A stretch of 62,259 bases of DNA, filler included. It is 6 parts of 6 records of this genome, joined end to end, with 100 filler letters (N's around TTAATTAATTAA, not from the genome) between each part and the next. Parts side by side here need not be neighbours in the genome. Positions count along the whole stretch, not along the records: positions 1 to 12,442 come from SRR31156797_9077; positions 12,543 to 24,166 come from SRR31156797_9102; 4 more parts are not named here. One strand, written 5' to 3'. Below, piece after piece: positions 8,206 through 19,700 of this stretch (its first letter is position 1; each line of letters opens with the position of its first letter). A model generated the notes under the pieces. It searched no databases. It had not been told where the DNA came from and was given only the letters and a program-made list of their open reading frames with translations. The position numbers were made by a program, and so were the translations under genes.

Positions 8206-8718
8206 ATGAGAAAATTATCTTTAATGTTAGTTGTAATTGTAGCTGTAGTTGTAACAGGGTGTTCAGGATTTTCAAGAAGAGGACATAAAGCTGAAAAGAT
8301 GAAAAAAGAGGATTTAAAATCAGTAGTAATGCCATTTTATACTAAGGCTTTAACTGTTAATGATGAAACAAATGTTGCAGAGTTAATGAATGAACTTTTA
8401 GCAGATGATTTTAAATCTATTAATACGACTGAGACAAAAGAAAAAGAAGTTTTAACTAAACAAATTCAATACTTCTGGAAACTTGTTCCAAATCTTAAAT
8501 GGGAGCCTCAGGAATTTATTCAGCAAGGTAATAAAGTTGTTGTAAGAAGTATCGCAACTGGAAATCCTGTTGGAAACTTTTTTGGAGTAGAGTGTGACGG
8601 AAGCAAAGCTTTTTCAATTATGACAATTGATATTCATACGGTAGAAAATGGAAAAGTAGTAGAGGTATATCATATAGAAGAGTGGGGAACTGCTATTAAG
8701 CAATTAACAGCTAAGTAA
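8206..8718 (+). CDS. SnoaL-like ester cyclase (NTF2 fold) with lipoprotein signal
   Basis: VTG-C lipobox; PNLKW..G.KVVVR..TG.P.G.FFG..FSIMTIDIHTVENGKVVEVYHIEEW. Confidence 0.85.
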   Translation: MRKLSLMLVVIVAVVVTGCSGFSRRGHKAEKMKKEDLKSVVMPFYTKALTVNDETNVAELMNELLADDFKSINTTETKEKEVLTKQIQYFWKLVPNLKWEPQEFIQQGNKVVVRSIATGNPVGNFFGVECDGSKAFSIMTIDIHTVENGKVVEVYHIEEWGTAIKQLTAK

Positions 8719-8728
8719 AACAAAACTA

Positions 8729-8760
8729 AACGGGGCAGATGTTAGTATCTCAGCCCCGTT
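8729..8760. terminator. Hairpin terminator between convergent genes
   Basis: AACGGGGC-AGAT...ATCT-ca-GCCCCGTT. Confidence 0.7.
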
Positions 8761-8776
8761 AATTTATGATTATATC

Positions 8777-10588
8777 TTAATTTCCAATAGATTCACTTTT
8801 AAATTGATTAGTAAATAGTTGATAGTAGTGCCCGCCATTTTCTATTAATTTATCATGTGAACCGTGTTCTATAATCTCTCCATCTTTCAGAACTAATATT
8901 CGATCACAATTTTTAATTGTCGAGAGTCGATGTGCAATCACAAATGATGTTCTGTCTTTCATAATTTTATCAATTCCCTGTTGGATGATTTTTTCAGTTT
9001 CCGTATCAACAGAACTAGTGGCCTCATCTAGAATTAAAATTTTAGGATCAGCTATTAACGCTCTTGCAAATGAGATCAATTGTTTCTGACCGACACTAAG
9101 TCTGGAACCGCCTTCTCCAACTTCTGTTTGATATCCTTTTTCGAATTCACTAATAAAAGTATGAGCTCCGAGATATTTTGCTACTCCTATTATATCCTTT
9201 TCTGTAGCTCCCTCTTTACCATAAGCGATATTCTCCAGAATAGTACCACTAAATAGTTGTGGTGATTGTAGCACATAACCTAATTGATGATGCAGCCAAG
9301 CTATGCTTCGATCTTTGTAATTTTTATCATCTATCAATATCTGCCCGTTTACCGGCTCATAGAATCGGCAAATCAAATTAACAATAGTTGACTTACCTGC
9401 ACCGGTATGCCCGACAATTGCGACACTTTCTCCGGCATTTACTATTAGATTAAAATCTTTTAGAATTTTACTCCCGTTTTTATAATTAAAACTGACATTA
9501 TTAAATTCAAGTTTTCCACTAATCTTCTCCCAGTTTCTTTTCTTTAAATGGAATTCATCACCATATATCTCTATAACTTCTTTACTATCTGTAATTTCCG
9601 GTTCAAGTTCAATCAAACTAATGACTCTTTCTGCACTTGCCTGAGCTTGCTGAAATCTGGCTAAGATATCTGCCAGTTGCATAATCGGATCATAGAACCT
9701 CTTCATGTAACTGATAAATAAAAAGAGAGTTCCAATGAGAATAACATTTTCAGAAACCATATATCCCCCGTTATATAGAACGAATACCATTCCAATTCCT
9801 GAAGTAAATAATATTGTAGGGAAATATAGACCAGAAAACACAGCTGCTCTAACTGATTGATTTTTCATTTCAGTAGTGATTTCGTTAAACTCTTTGAGAT
9901 TTTCCTCTTCTATGACTAATGTTTTAGTTGTCTTAGCACCTACGATGCCTTCATTAATTGCAGCGGTTATTTTTGAATTAACTTTTCTTACATTTCTAAA
10001 TGCTTCCAGTATTTTTCGCCTAAAATGAATACTCGCATAGATTAAAAGAGGAACTACAGATAGTGAAATTAATGCTAGTTTCCAGTTAACGATAAACATC
10101 ACTACTGCAACACCTATCATTACCATAAATCCCCATAACATATCTACCAGACTCCATGACAAAATATCACTTAAATTTCCGGCATCACTTGTCATTCTGG
10201 CCATGATCCATCCAATAGATGTTTGGTCAAAATATGAAAATGATAATTTTTGAATTTTTTGAAATGCTTTTTTTCTCAAGTTATACGCAAGTTCAACTTG
10301 GATTTTACCCGCTGATTTTATAAATATAAATGTAACTATTAACTGTAATGAGACAAAAAGGACAAACATCATTATATATGGAATAAAATGCTCCGTAACA
10401 TTTGATTTAATGATTTTATTTATTGCATATAGATTGAGTACAGGATACAAAACATCCACAGCTGCCAGTACTAAAGAAGCTGAGAAAGCAATAGCAAAAT
10501 ATTTCCATAAATCACCCATATGCGAAAATATTTTTATCCATATATTTTTATCAAATTTTGAATTAGTTTTCTTATCTGTTTGAGTCAA
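8777..10588 (-). CDS. ABC exporter, fused TMD-NBD (heterodimer subunit B)
   Basis: GHTGAGKS, LSVGQKQ, ILDEATS, IAHRLST; TTG start abuts the upstream stop. Confidence 0.93.
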   Translation of the reverse strand: MTQTDKKTNSKFDKNIWIKIFSHMGDLWKYFAIAFSASLVLAAVDVLYPVLNLYAINKIIKSNVTEHFIPYIMMFVLFVSLQLIVTFIFIKSAGKIQVELAYNLRKKAFQKIQKLSFSYFDQTSIGWIMARMTSDAGNLSDILSWSLVDMLWGFMVMIGVAVVMFIVNWKLALISLSVVPLLIYASIHFRRKILEAFRNVRKVNSKITAAINEGIVGAKTTKTLVIEEENLKEFNEITTEMKNQSVRAAVFSGLYFPTILFTSGIGMVFVLYNGGYMVSENVILIGTLFLFISYMKRFYDPIMQLADILARFQQAQASAERVISLIELEPEITDSKEVIEIYGDEFHLKKRNWEKISGKLEFNNVSFNYKNGSKILKDFNLIVNAGESVAIVGHTGAGKSTIVNLICRFYEPVNGQILIDDKNYKDRSIAWLHHQLGYVLQSPQLFSGTILENIAYGKEGATEKDIIGVAKYLGAHTFISEFEKGYQTEVGEGGSRLSVGQKQLISFARALIADPKILILDEATSSVDTETEKIIQQGIDKIMKDRTSFVIAHRLSTIKNCDRILVLKDGEIIEHGSHDKLIENGGHYYQLFTNQFKSESIGN

Positions 10589-12397
10589 TTATATCACTAC
10601 TCCTTCAAAATCCTCTTCGAACTCATTTTCAAGTTTAGATTGGATATCCCACAGTGTTTTATATAGTCCGTCATTATTTATTAATTCCTGATGTTTCCCC
10701 ATCTCTGCTACAGCTCCATTCTCAAGTACGATAATTTTATCAGCCTCCATAGCAGTAGTTATACGATGAGTTACTATTAATACAGTTGTATCTTTCCAGA
10801 ACTCATTTAGAGCGCTTCTTATTTTTAGATCAGTTTCTGTATCAACTGCACTCAAACTATCATCAAATATAATGATTGCTTTGTTATCAAGTAACATTCT
10901 TGCAATGGCTACACGTTGTTTCTGCCCACCGGAGAGAGTAACACCATGTTCACCGACCATTGTTTCATATCCTTTCTCAAAGTCCATTATATCCTCATGA
11001 ATACTTGCAATATCAGCTGCTCGAAAGATAGAATCCTGATCACATTCGTTATCAATAATACTTATATTATGGTAAATCGTTTTGGAATATAAATATGGTT
11101 CCTGTAGAATAATCCCTATGTTTTTTCTAAGCCATTTTTTATTGATAGATTTAATATCGACTCCATTACATTTTATAGAGCCGGAACTATAATCAAGCAG
11201 TCTGACTATTAGATTAATCAATGTAGACTTACCACTTCCTGTTTTTCCCACAATTGCTATAGTTTCCCCAGGTTCTGCTTTGAAGCTTATTTGCTTAATA
11301 GTATCTTTACTTTCATCATCAAATTTAAATGAAACATTTTCAAATTCTATACTACCATTGATATCAGGCATATTTGAATTATCTTCTTCAAACTCTGACG
11401 GTACATTCATTATTTCATCTATACGATCAAGCGCAACTGTTGTTTTACCTAAATCTCCGACTACTCGCCCTAATTGCCTTATTGGAAATACGATTAACGC
11501 AACATATTGTAAAAAAGCTGTATATTCGCCTATTGTTAAATTTCCGTTTAGAGTTATAGTTACACCAATAATAGAAGTAAGTGCAAATTGTACTCCGATA
11601 ATAAAGTCAGTACTCGCCCAGAAACCAGCCATATAAGTAACGAGTGTATTTGATCGATCACTGTAATTACGGCTATTAACGTCGAATTTTTTTACTTCAT
11701 GTCCCTCTCGTCCAAATGCTTTAACTACCCTTATATTACTGAGATTTTCCTGTAATACAGAAGTCATTTTTGATTCCTCTTTTTCTACATTTTTATATAC
11801 TCTTTTTACATATTTGAAATAAAATATAGAGATTATTAATATTAATGGAGCTGTAGTTAGAGTTATCAATGTCATTTTGATATTAAATTTTAGCATTTGA
11901 ATAATAGTGAAAGTTATTAATGATGTTGAACGTAAAATATGAATTAGTTGATTACTCATAAATTTTTTATATGTTTCTACATCAGATGTACACCTTTGGA
12001 TTAAATCTCCCGTTTCTGTTTTAGAATAATATGAGTATGATAAGTTTTGCAGATGTTTATATACTCTGGTTCTGACTGTATAGCCGATCTTTTCTGTGAA
12101 AAATGCATTTGTAGCTCTTCTTAGAAATATAAATAGGCCCCTGATAAAAGTAAAAACGATAAAAGCAATTACTAATAGAATAATCTCTTTTTTTACACTA
12201 TCTGCTGTTAAGTATTGAACGATTACTTTAGGTAAAGGGGATTCTTTTCCCCCTAATACATGATCAATAAGATGTGTTATAAGTAGCGGAACTATAGTAT
12301 CAAAGAAAGTATTGATAAATAAAAAGACAATTGATAGTGTGAAGATCAATCTTGCCCCTTTAGTCCATTTTGCAAACTGTCTAATTTTTTTGATCAA
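10589..12397 (-). CDS. ABC exporter, fused TMD-NBD (heterodimer subunit A, degenerate Walker B)
   Basis: GKTGSGKS, LSGGQKQ, IFDDSLSAVD; AAAGGAG RBS. Confidence 0.93.
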   Translation of the reverse strand: MIKKIRQFAKWTKGARLIFTLSIVFLFINTFFDTIVPLLITHLIDHVLGGKESPLPKVIVQYLTADSVKKEIILLVIAFIVFTFIRGLFIFLRRATNAFFTEKIGYTVRTRVYKHLQNLSYSYYSKTETGDLIQRCTSDVETYKKFMSNQLIHILRSTSLITFTIIQMLKFNIKMTLITLTTAPLILIISIFYFKYVKRVYKNVEKEESKMTSVLQENLSNIRVVKAFGREGHEVKKFDVNSRNYSDRSNTLVTYMAGFWASTDFIIGVQFALTSIIGVTITLNGNLTIGEYTAFLQYVALIVFPIRQLGRVVGDLGKTTVALDRIDEIMNVPSEFEEDNSNMPDINGSIEFENVSFKFDDESKDTIKQISFKAEPGETIAIVGKTGSGKSTLINLIVRLLDYSSGSIKCNGVDIKSINKKWLRKNIGIILQEPYLYSKTIYHNISIIDNECDQDSIFRAADIASIHEDIMDFEKGYETMVGEHGVTLSGGQKQRVAIARMLLDNKAIIIFDDSLSAVDTETDLKIRSALNEFWKDTTVLIVTHRITTAMEADKIIVLENGAVAEMGKHQELINNDGLYKTLWDIQSKLENEFEEDFEGVVI

Positions 12398-12442
12398 AAA
12401 CTTCTCCTTTCAAATTATAATGAACTGCAAAAATAATCACAC

Positions 12443-12542
12443 NNNNNNNNNNNNNNNNNNNNNNNNNNNNNNNNNNNNNNNNNNNNTTAATTAATTAANN
12501 NNNNNNNNNNNNNNNNNNNNNNNNNNNNNNNNNNNNNNNNNN
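12443..12542. other. Artificial contig spacer (N44-TTAATTAATTAA-N44)
   Basis: 100 nt with stops in all six frames; base composition and gene content change abruptly across it. Confidence 0.99.
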
Positions 12543-15020
12543 GCAGATGCAGGTATTGATGCCACAATTTGCGAAGGTGAAACCTATTCTTTGTCTGGCG
12601 CAACTGCCGGCCAGTACACTTCACTACTTTGGGAAACAGACGGAACAGGAACATTTGATAATGCAAATGCACTTAACCCAACTTACTTCCCGGATGCAGC
12701 TGATGTTAATGATGGCGAAATCATTTTATCTCTCACAGCAAATCCACTTGGATCATGCGATGCGGCCGAAGCAAATATGACCTTAAACATTATTTCTGCT
12801 GCAGGTGCCGATGCAGGTGCCGATGCCACAATTTGTGAAACCGAAGATCATTACACCATGGACGGTTCAGTTGAAAACTCCACGGTTTATATCTGGTCAG
12901 CAGGAGGCAGTGGTACGTTTGATGATATGTTTGACCTGAATACCAACTACTATCCGAGCGATGCTGATAGGCTGGCAGGTCAGATCAATATCTGGCTGAT
13001 TGCATATGGAGAGGAAGACTGTGGTAATACCACTGATATGATGGTGATCTCAATTTCACAGCAACCTGCAGTAACTGCAGGGCCTGATGCTACGCTTTGC
13101 GAAGGTGAGGTCTGGGATATGTGTTGTACAACAGCTGAAAATTACACTTCACTGTTGTGGGAAACTTCGGGTACCGGTACATTTGATGATGAAACAGCAT
13201 TACGTCCCGTATACACACCTTCAGGTGATGATGTACTCAACGGTTCGGTTACACTTACGATAAACGCCTATGCAGAGGATCCTTGTGCAGATGTTTCCGA
13301 TTCCAGGACGCTGACAATTATTCCTGTGGTTGTTGCTGATGCAGGTACTGATCAGAATCTTACCGCAACCGGCACTTCGCTGGATGGTAATAATCCTGCC
13401 CCGGGAACAGGAAACTGGACCCAGGTGAACGGCCCGAATATTGCGACCATTGCTGATCCATCCGATCCTGAAACCGGAATTTCCGGGCTGGTCAGTGGAA
13501 CGTATGTGTTCCGCTGGACAGTAACCAATCCGCCTTGTGGTGAAACATGGGATGAGGTGACTATTGTTGTTGAAGAACTTGCAGATATGGTCCTTACAAA
13601 ATCAGTAACTCCTGGTCAAACCATAAATGCCGGTGAAGATCTTACCTATCTGGTTGTAGTGAAAAACCAGGGTCCTGATCTTGCAGAAAATGTCACAGTA
13701 ACAGATATCCTGCCGGATCAATTGAGTCTGGTTAGTGCTACACCCACCAAAGGTATTTGGAACGATCCTGTTTGGACACTTGGATCAGTACCCGTTGGTG
13801 ATGTCGAAACGATCACAATTGTGGCAACTGTTGAAGAAGGTTTTACAGGCCATATCAACAACATAGCGGAAGTTACAAGTGATACGCCCGATCCTGTTCC
13901 GGAGAACAATATCGACAGTGCTCAGATTTATGTCTATATACCACCGGTAGCTGTCAATGATTCTTCGATTGGAAATTATCCCGGTGATGATGCAACACTG
14001 AATATACTTACAAATGATCTTTTGGCGGATGGATCAACTCCGGCGCCAGGCGAGGTTATTGTTGATCTGGATCCATACACTACCGGAATTCAGCATGAAC
14101 TCATCATTACAGGTGAAGGAACCTGGGCTTATGATCCTGCTACAGGAGAATTAACATTCAGTCCGGAAGATGGATTCCTGGATGACCCGACACCAATCGA
14201 TTATACAATAACGGAGATTCTTACCGGTCTTACCTCCAATGTGGCAAATGTTTATGTAACCTACATCTGTCTTACCATTGATGTTCAGGCGTTCCTCGAA
14301 GGACCGTTTGACGAGACCACCGGCCTGATGTTCAACTACATTAACAATGCAGGTATCCTGCCGGGTGAAGACCCGTTGCCTCCGGTAACGCCAACCCCGG
14401 CTGGTCATCCTTATGATGTTGAACCATGGAACTACGATGATCTGTCGTGCGACTGGTACGGTGATCCTGCTGTGAATCCGGAAGCTACTACACCTTATCC
14501 TGAAGATGTTGTGGATTGGGTTCTTGTTTCTGTTCGTCAGGGTGATTCACTTAAGTCAAGTGAGATTTACAGATGCGTTGGATTGATTTACAGGGACGGG
14601 CAGATTGAACTTGAATGCCCATGCTTCAAAACAGCCGGAGTGGATAAATACTACATCCTGGTTGAGCATCGCAATCACTTCCCGGTAATGAGTGAAGTAG
14701 TACATCTTGATGGCGGAACCGAACTGTCATACGATTTCAGGTACAACGATTCCTGGAGACTGGGTACACCAATACCGCAGGAGTCCGGACAGAAACAGGT
14801 GGGCAGCTATTGGGTTATGCTGGGCGGTAACGGCGATCAGCAGCTCAACGCTTCCAGTCCGTTCGACATCAACAGTATCGACTTCGAAAGGTGGACTGAA
14901 GATAACGGACAGTTGTTTAGGTACCTCATTGGCGATTTCGACATGAACCTTGATGCCAACTCGCTGGATGACGAGATTTGGATCAACAACAACGGTAAAA
15001 TCAATTTCATTCCTAGGTAA
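12543..15020 (+). CDS. 5'-truncated large Bacteroidota surface protein: PKD/Ig-like repeats, DUF11, CshA-like repeat, C-terminal FLEG domain ending in dockerin-like loops
   Basis: Frame open from the contig edge; DAG.DAT.CE repeats; ADMVLTKSV..LTY..KNQGPD; GEGTWAYDPATGELTFSP..PTPIDYT; FLEGPFD..VVDWVLV..HRNH..GDFDMNLDANSLD. Confidence 0.85.
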   Translation, partial: ADAGIDATICEGETYSLSGATAGQYTSLLWETDGTGTFDNANALNPTYFPDAADVNDGEIILSLTANPLGSCDAAEANMTLNIISAAGADAGADATICETEDHYTMDGSVENSTVYIWSAGGSGTFDDMFDLNTNYYPSDADRLAGQINIWLIAYGEEDCGNTTDMMVISISQQPAVTAGPDATLCEGEVWDMCCTTAENYTSLLWETSGTGTFDDETALRPVYTPSGDDVLNGSVTLTINAYAEDPCADVSDSRTLTIIPVVVADAGTDQNLTATGTSLDGNNPAPGTGNWTQVNGPNIATIADPSDPETGISGLVSGTYVFRWTVTNPPCGETWDEVTIVVEELADMVLTKSVTPGQTINAGEDLTYLVVVKNQGPDLAENVTVTDILPDQLSLVSATPTKGIWNDPVWTLGSVPVGDVETITIVATVEEGFTGHINNIAEVTSDTPDPVPENNIDSAQIYVYIPPVAVNDSSIGNYPGDDATLNILTNDLLADGSTPAPGEVIVDLDPYTTGIQHELIITGEGTWAYDPATGELTFSPEDGFLDDPTPIDYTITEILTGLTSNVANVYVTYICLTIDVQAFLEGPFDETTGLMFNYINNAGILPGEDPLPPVTPTPAGHPYDVEPWNYDDLSCDWYGDPAVNPEATTPYPEDVVDWVLVSVRQGDSLKSSEIYRCVGLIYRDGQIELECPCFKTAGVDKYYILVEHRNHFPVMSEVVHLDGGTELSYDFRYNDSWRLGTPIPQESGQKQVGSYWVMLGGNGDQQLNASSPFDINSIDFERWTEDNGQLFRYLIGDFDMNLDANSLDDEIWINNNGKINFIPR

Positions 15021-15041
15021 AAATTAAAAAATCACAATATC

Positions 15042-16751
15042 ATGAAAACCAGGGCAATTCTAATTTTCGTTTCCTTCATTTGGATGGGGTTAAATGCTCA
15101 GCAGATCAATTTGAATATCGAGAAATCGGCTGGCGATTGTTTGCTCGAAAGCAATTGCGAATCAAACACAGTTTGCTACGATTTGATGATCGACATTGAT
15201 GAACCCGGCTGGCAACTCAGGTCATACAATATCTGGGTAAATTATCCCGTGCCTCCACTTTTCAGCTACAACAGCGATAACTCCTGTGTAACACAGAATG
15301 GCGGAGATACAGATAACAATCAGTATGGCCAGTACAGGGTAGGAGGTGTAAACGGCGCTTATACACTTGAAACAGGCGTTGAAAATACTTTCCACAGCAT
15401 TTGCTTTGAGTACACGGATAGTAATCTGATCGCAGATTCGCTGATTTATGTCGGGGGAACTGCGATGGTGTTTGGATTCCCATTTGAATCAACCATCACG
15501 CTCAAGAATACCCAAACAGGCGAAACACAGGGATTCATCATCATCAACCAAAATGCCATTCCCGTTCAGCTGGATAACAAACACAGTCTGGGCGTGGAAT
15601 ATGGCTGGAGTGGAATTTCCACTTTTATGGAGCCCGATGTCACAAACGTAGAAACCATTTTGGCCCCTGCAGTAAACGACCTGGTTCTCATGTACAATCT
15701 AACTGAGGGGATTTATGCTCCTCAAAACAACATCAACACCATCGTAAACTGGAATTACAAATCCGGCTATATCATTAAGGTTAATAACGGGCACATGCTC
15801 AACATTTGTGGAGCGGAGCCCCAGAATAAGAGCATTAACCTGATGGCAGGCTGGAATGTAATTCCGGTTTTGGATGATGAAGACGTGTCTGTTGAAGAAG
15901 TAATCGACGGGCTTGGCGACAACCTGGTGATCGTAAAAGAGATTGCCGGGTACCGCATGTATTACCCTGCATACGGTATCAACACCCTAAGTAGCCTCGA
16001 ACCGGGAAAGGCCTATTTTATAAGAGTGCTACAGGCTGCACAAATTTCCTTCCCTGAACAGTCAGACAAAAGTCCCGACAGCAATCAAAACTGGTATTTC
16101 GAAGAAATTTCTCCATGGGAGCCTGTGTATAAAACACCGGAATCCCATGTATTTTGTTTTAGCAGCAATGCATCAGGCCGCTTTGAAACGGGCGACCTGA
16201 TCGGTGCATTCGACCAACAGGGCCGTTGCACCGGTATTATGGAAATGCTTGATGAAAAAGAAGCATTTGCCGTTTCGGTATTTGGCGATGATGAAACCAC
16301 CGGCATCAAAGATGGAATGACAGAATCAGAGCCTGTTTCCTTTGTTTTGTTCAGGACCTCATCCGGCGAAACAATGAACCTGGATATCTCCTTCACAGCC
16401 GATTCACCTAACCGGGAGAACTTTGTTCCCAACGGAATTTCTCTTGTTAAGGATGTGCTGATAAGCAGCACAGGAACAGAGATCAACAATTTCTTTTCAG
16501 GAGTTGATTTGCAGGTGTTCCCCAATCCTACCGTAGGAAAAACAAATGTAAAACTGGTTGGTGATGTGCTGATTGATGGAAAAATGGTGCTCACCGATTC
16601 ACGGGGACAAATGATTGAGGAGATTGACCACCTGCACGAAGGTGGTGTGACATTCAGCACATATAATTTCTCAGATTACAGCCCGGGAGTTTACTACCTC
16701 AGGCTCTATTCGGAGAACTATTTTAATATTCAGAAAATCGTGGTGAAATAA
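15042..16751 (+). CDS. Secreted protein with T9SS type A C-terminal sorting domain and cohesin-like N-terminal domain
   Basis: Sec signal ending NA-Q; CTD LQVFPNPT...GVYYLRL...QKIVVK; N-domain homologous to the next ORF. Confidence 0.88.
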   Translation: MKTRAILIFVSFIWMGLNAQQINLNIEKSAGDCLLESNCESNTVCYDLMIDIDEPGWQLRSYNIWVNYPVPPLFSYNSDNSCVTQNGGDTDNNQYGQYRVGGVNGAYTLETGVENTFHSICFEYTDSNLIADSLIYVGGTAMVFGFPFESTITLKNTQTGETQGFIIINQNAIPVQLDNKHSLGVEYGWSGISTFMEPDVTNVETILAPAVNDLVLMYNLTEGIYAPQNNINTIVNWNYKSGYIIKVNNGHMLNICGAEPQNKSINLMAGWNVIPVLDDEDVSVEEVIDGLGDNLVIVKEIAGYRMYYPAYGINTLSSLEPGKAYFIRVLQAAQISFPEQSDKSPDSNQNWYFEEISPWEPVYKTPESHVFCFSSNASGRFETGDLIGAFDQQGRCTGIMEMLDEKEAFAVSVFGDDETTGIKDGMTESEPVSFVLFRTSSGETMNLDISFTADSPNRENFVPNGISLVKDVLISSTGTEINNFFSGVDLQVFPNPTVGKTNVKLVGDVLIDGKMVLTDSRGQMIEEIDHLHEGGVTFSTYNFSDYSPGVYYLRLYSENYFNIQKIVVK

Positions 16752-16775
16752 TAAAAAACGAGAAATAAAAGCTTT

Positions 16776-19700
16776 ATGAAAAAGACAATTTTACTCATCG
16801 TATCAGCAGCGCTGTTCTTTTTAGGGGCAGAAGCGCAAACAGTGACCATTGAAATTGAAGAATCAGATGGTGGCTGCGGACAGGCTTCGGATTGCGAGGC
16901 AAACATTGCTTGTTTCGACCTGATCATTACCGTTGACGAACCAGATTGGGCTTTGTCATCATACAACGTATGGACTCAATACCCGGCACCACCGGTAATG
17001 AGTTATTTTTCTGATGATGCCTGTATCACGCAGAATGGTGGCGACACAGATGATAACTTAAACGGCCAGTACCGGGTGGCTGGTGTTACCGGAACAGGTA
17101 CCTATGTAATTGAGCCCAATACCCCAACAATCTTCCACAATGTGTGCTACAGCTATTCGGATGAAATGGACATTCAGGATTCTATCATTGCATCCGGCGG
17201 TACTTTGTTGGTTTACGGCACACCATTTTTCACCACAGTTACCCTGGTTAATCAAATAACCAATGTAACAGCAGGATTAACCATTCCGCAGCAGGAATTT
17301 CTGACCCTGGATGGTTCAACATTTACCTGCTTAAAACCCGATCTTACCATCGAAAAGGTGCTGACCTCCAATGCCGATAATGACGCTTCCGGTACGATTA
17401 GCCTTGGGGATGTATTAACCTATACCATTACAGCTACCAACACCGGATTTATTCCGCAGGAAAATGTTGTTGTTAGTGACCCGTTGCTTATACCAAATCA
17501 AACAACCTGCACTACCCTTGAAGTTGGTGAAACCTGCGTTTTAGTTGGTACGTATGTGGTAACCCAGGATGATGTAAATGCCGGCCAAATTGTGAATACA
17601 GGTACCGTAGTTTCTGATAATGCCGGGCCTTTTACAGATGAATTGATCACGCCGGTTCCAAACAATCCGGATATGACCATCGAAAAAACATTGACGACTG
17701 ATATTTCTGGTGGCGTTTCCATAGGTGATGTACTCATCTATAAAGTGGAAGTAGTGAATACCGGCGACATGACCCTGAACAATGTTGTTGTGAGCGACCC
17801 TAAGCTAACGCCTTCAAGCACGACTTGTGCGACACTTACCGCTGGAAGCAGTTGTACACTTTATGGAGCTTATTTTGTTCAGCAGGCCGATATGAATGCT
17901 GGGGAGATCATTAATACTGCAACAGGTGATTCAGATGAAACTCCTGAGATTTTCGATGAATTAATCACAACGCTCCCGGCATTTCCGGATATTACAATAG
18001 ATAAGCAACTGCTTACCGATATTTCAGGTGGCGTTGAAGTAGGCGACGTTCTGGTTTATAACATCGAGGTGACGAACTCAGGGAATGTAACATTGCATAA
18101 TGTTTCCGTTCTCGACCCCATGTTAACTCCGGGTGTTAAGGTTTGTCCGGTAGTTGAACCGGGAAATGTTTGCACATTGACCGGTACATACACGGTTCAG
18201 CAATCTGATATGGATGCCGGAATGATCGTAAACACGGCTACGGGTAACTCCAATGAAACCAACTCGGAAGAAGATCAGGTTGTTGTACCTATTGATCAGT
18301 TACCGGATCTTTCCACTGAAAAGACGTTGCTGACTGATGTTTCAGGTGGAGTTTTTGCCGGCGACGAATTAACATATGAAGTTGTAGTTACCAACACAGG
18401 GAACATTACACTTACCAATGTTACAGCAAGTGATGCATTACTTACGCCTACTTCAACAACGTGCCCGACCCTGGCTCCGGGCGATCAGTGTACCCTCACC
18501 GGCACATATGCTGCAACACAAAATGACATCGACCTTGGTTACATCACAAATACGGGTATTGGAGATTCCGATGAAACCGATCCGGTACCGGATGAAATTA
18601 CTACCCCACTACCTGCAGCACCGGAAATCGAGACAAAAAAAACGCTGGTTTCAGATATTTCAGGTGGCGTATCTGTTGGCGATATTTTGGTTTATAAGGT
18701 AGAAGTTGAAAATGTTGGCGGTATAACGTTGCATAATGTAAATGTAAATGACGATAAGCTCAATCCTGGTTCCAATAGTTGTTCAACGTTACTTCCGGGT
18801 AATATTTGCACCCTTACCGGTACCTACACCGTTACGCAGGATGACCTTGATGCCGGGCAGATCATTAACGAAGGCATCGGAGATTCCGATGAAACCGATC
18901 CTGAATCCGATATACTTACCACACCATTGCCACAGGATCCCGAAATTACAACAGTGAAAACACTGTTAACGGATATTTCCGGCGGTGTTTCGGTTGGAGA
19001 GGATATCACCTACCAGGTTGAAGTTACCAACACCGGGAACATTACCCTGCATAATGTTAATGTTACGGATGACAAACTTGATCCCGGATCAACAAACTGT
19101 GTAACACTGGCGCCCGGTTTAACCTGTACACTTACAGGAACATATACCGTAACCCAGGCTGACAAAGATGCCGGCCAGATTGTTAATACCGGTATTGGCG
19201 ATTCAGATGAAACCGATCCTGAACCGGATGAAATTACCACACCACTGGATCAGAATCCGGAACTGGAAACTGTAAAATCACTGATCACTGATATTTCAGG
19301 AGGTGTAGAAGTAGGTGAAACATTAACCTACCAGGTTGTGGTTACAAATACTGGTGATGTTACACTTAACAATGTAATTGTTACTGATAATATAATTACT
19401 CCTAATCAGAATATTTGTGCCACACTGGCACCCGGATCGGCCTGTACACTTACAGGAACTTATCTGGTAACCCAGGCTGACAAAGATGCCGGCGAGATCA
19501 TTAACGAAGGTATTGGAGATTCAGATGAAACTGATCCTGTGCCGGATGAGATCACAACACCGCTGGATCAAAATCCGGAGATAGAAACTGTAAAAACATT
19601 GCTCACTGATATATCAGGTGGTGTTGATGTGGGGGATGATATCACCTACCAAATTGTTGTTACCAACACAGGTGATATTACCATCAACAATGTAACCGTA

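Noticed and set aside
12487-12498. Recurrent TTAATTAATTAA motif as a biological repeat
   Set aside because: Always centred in N runs; it is a six-frame stop linker
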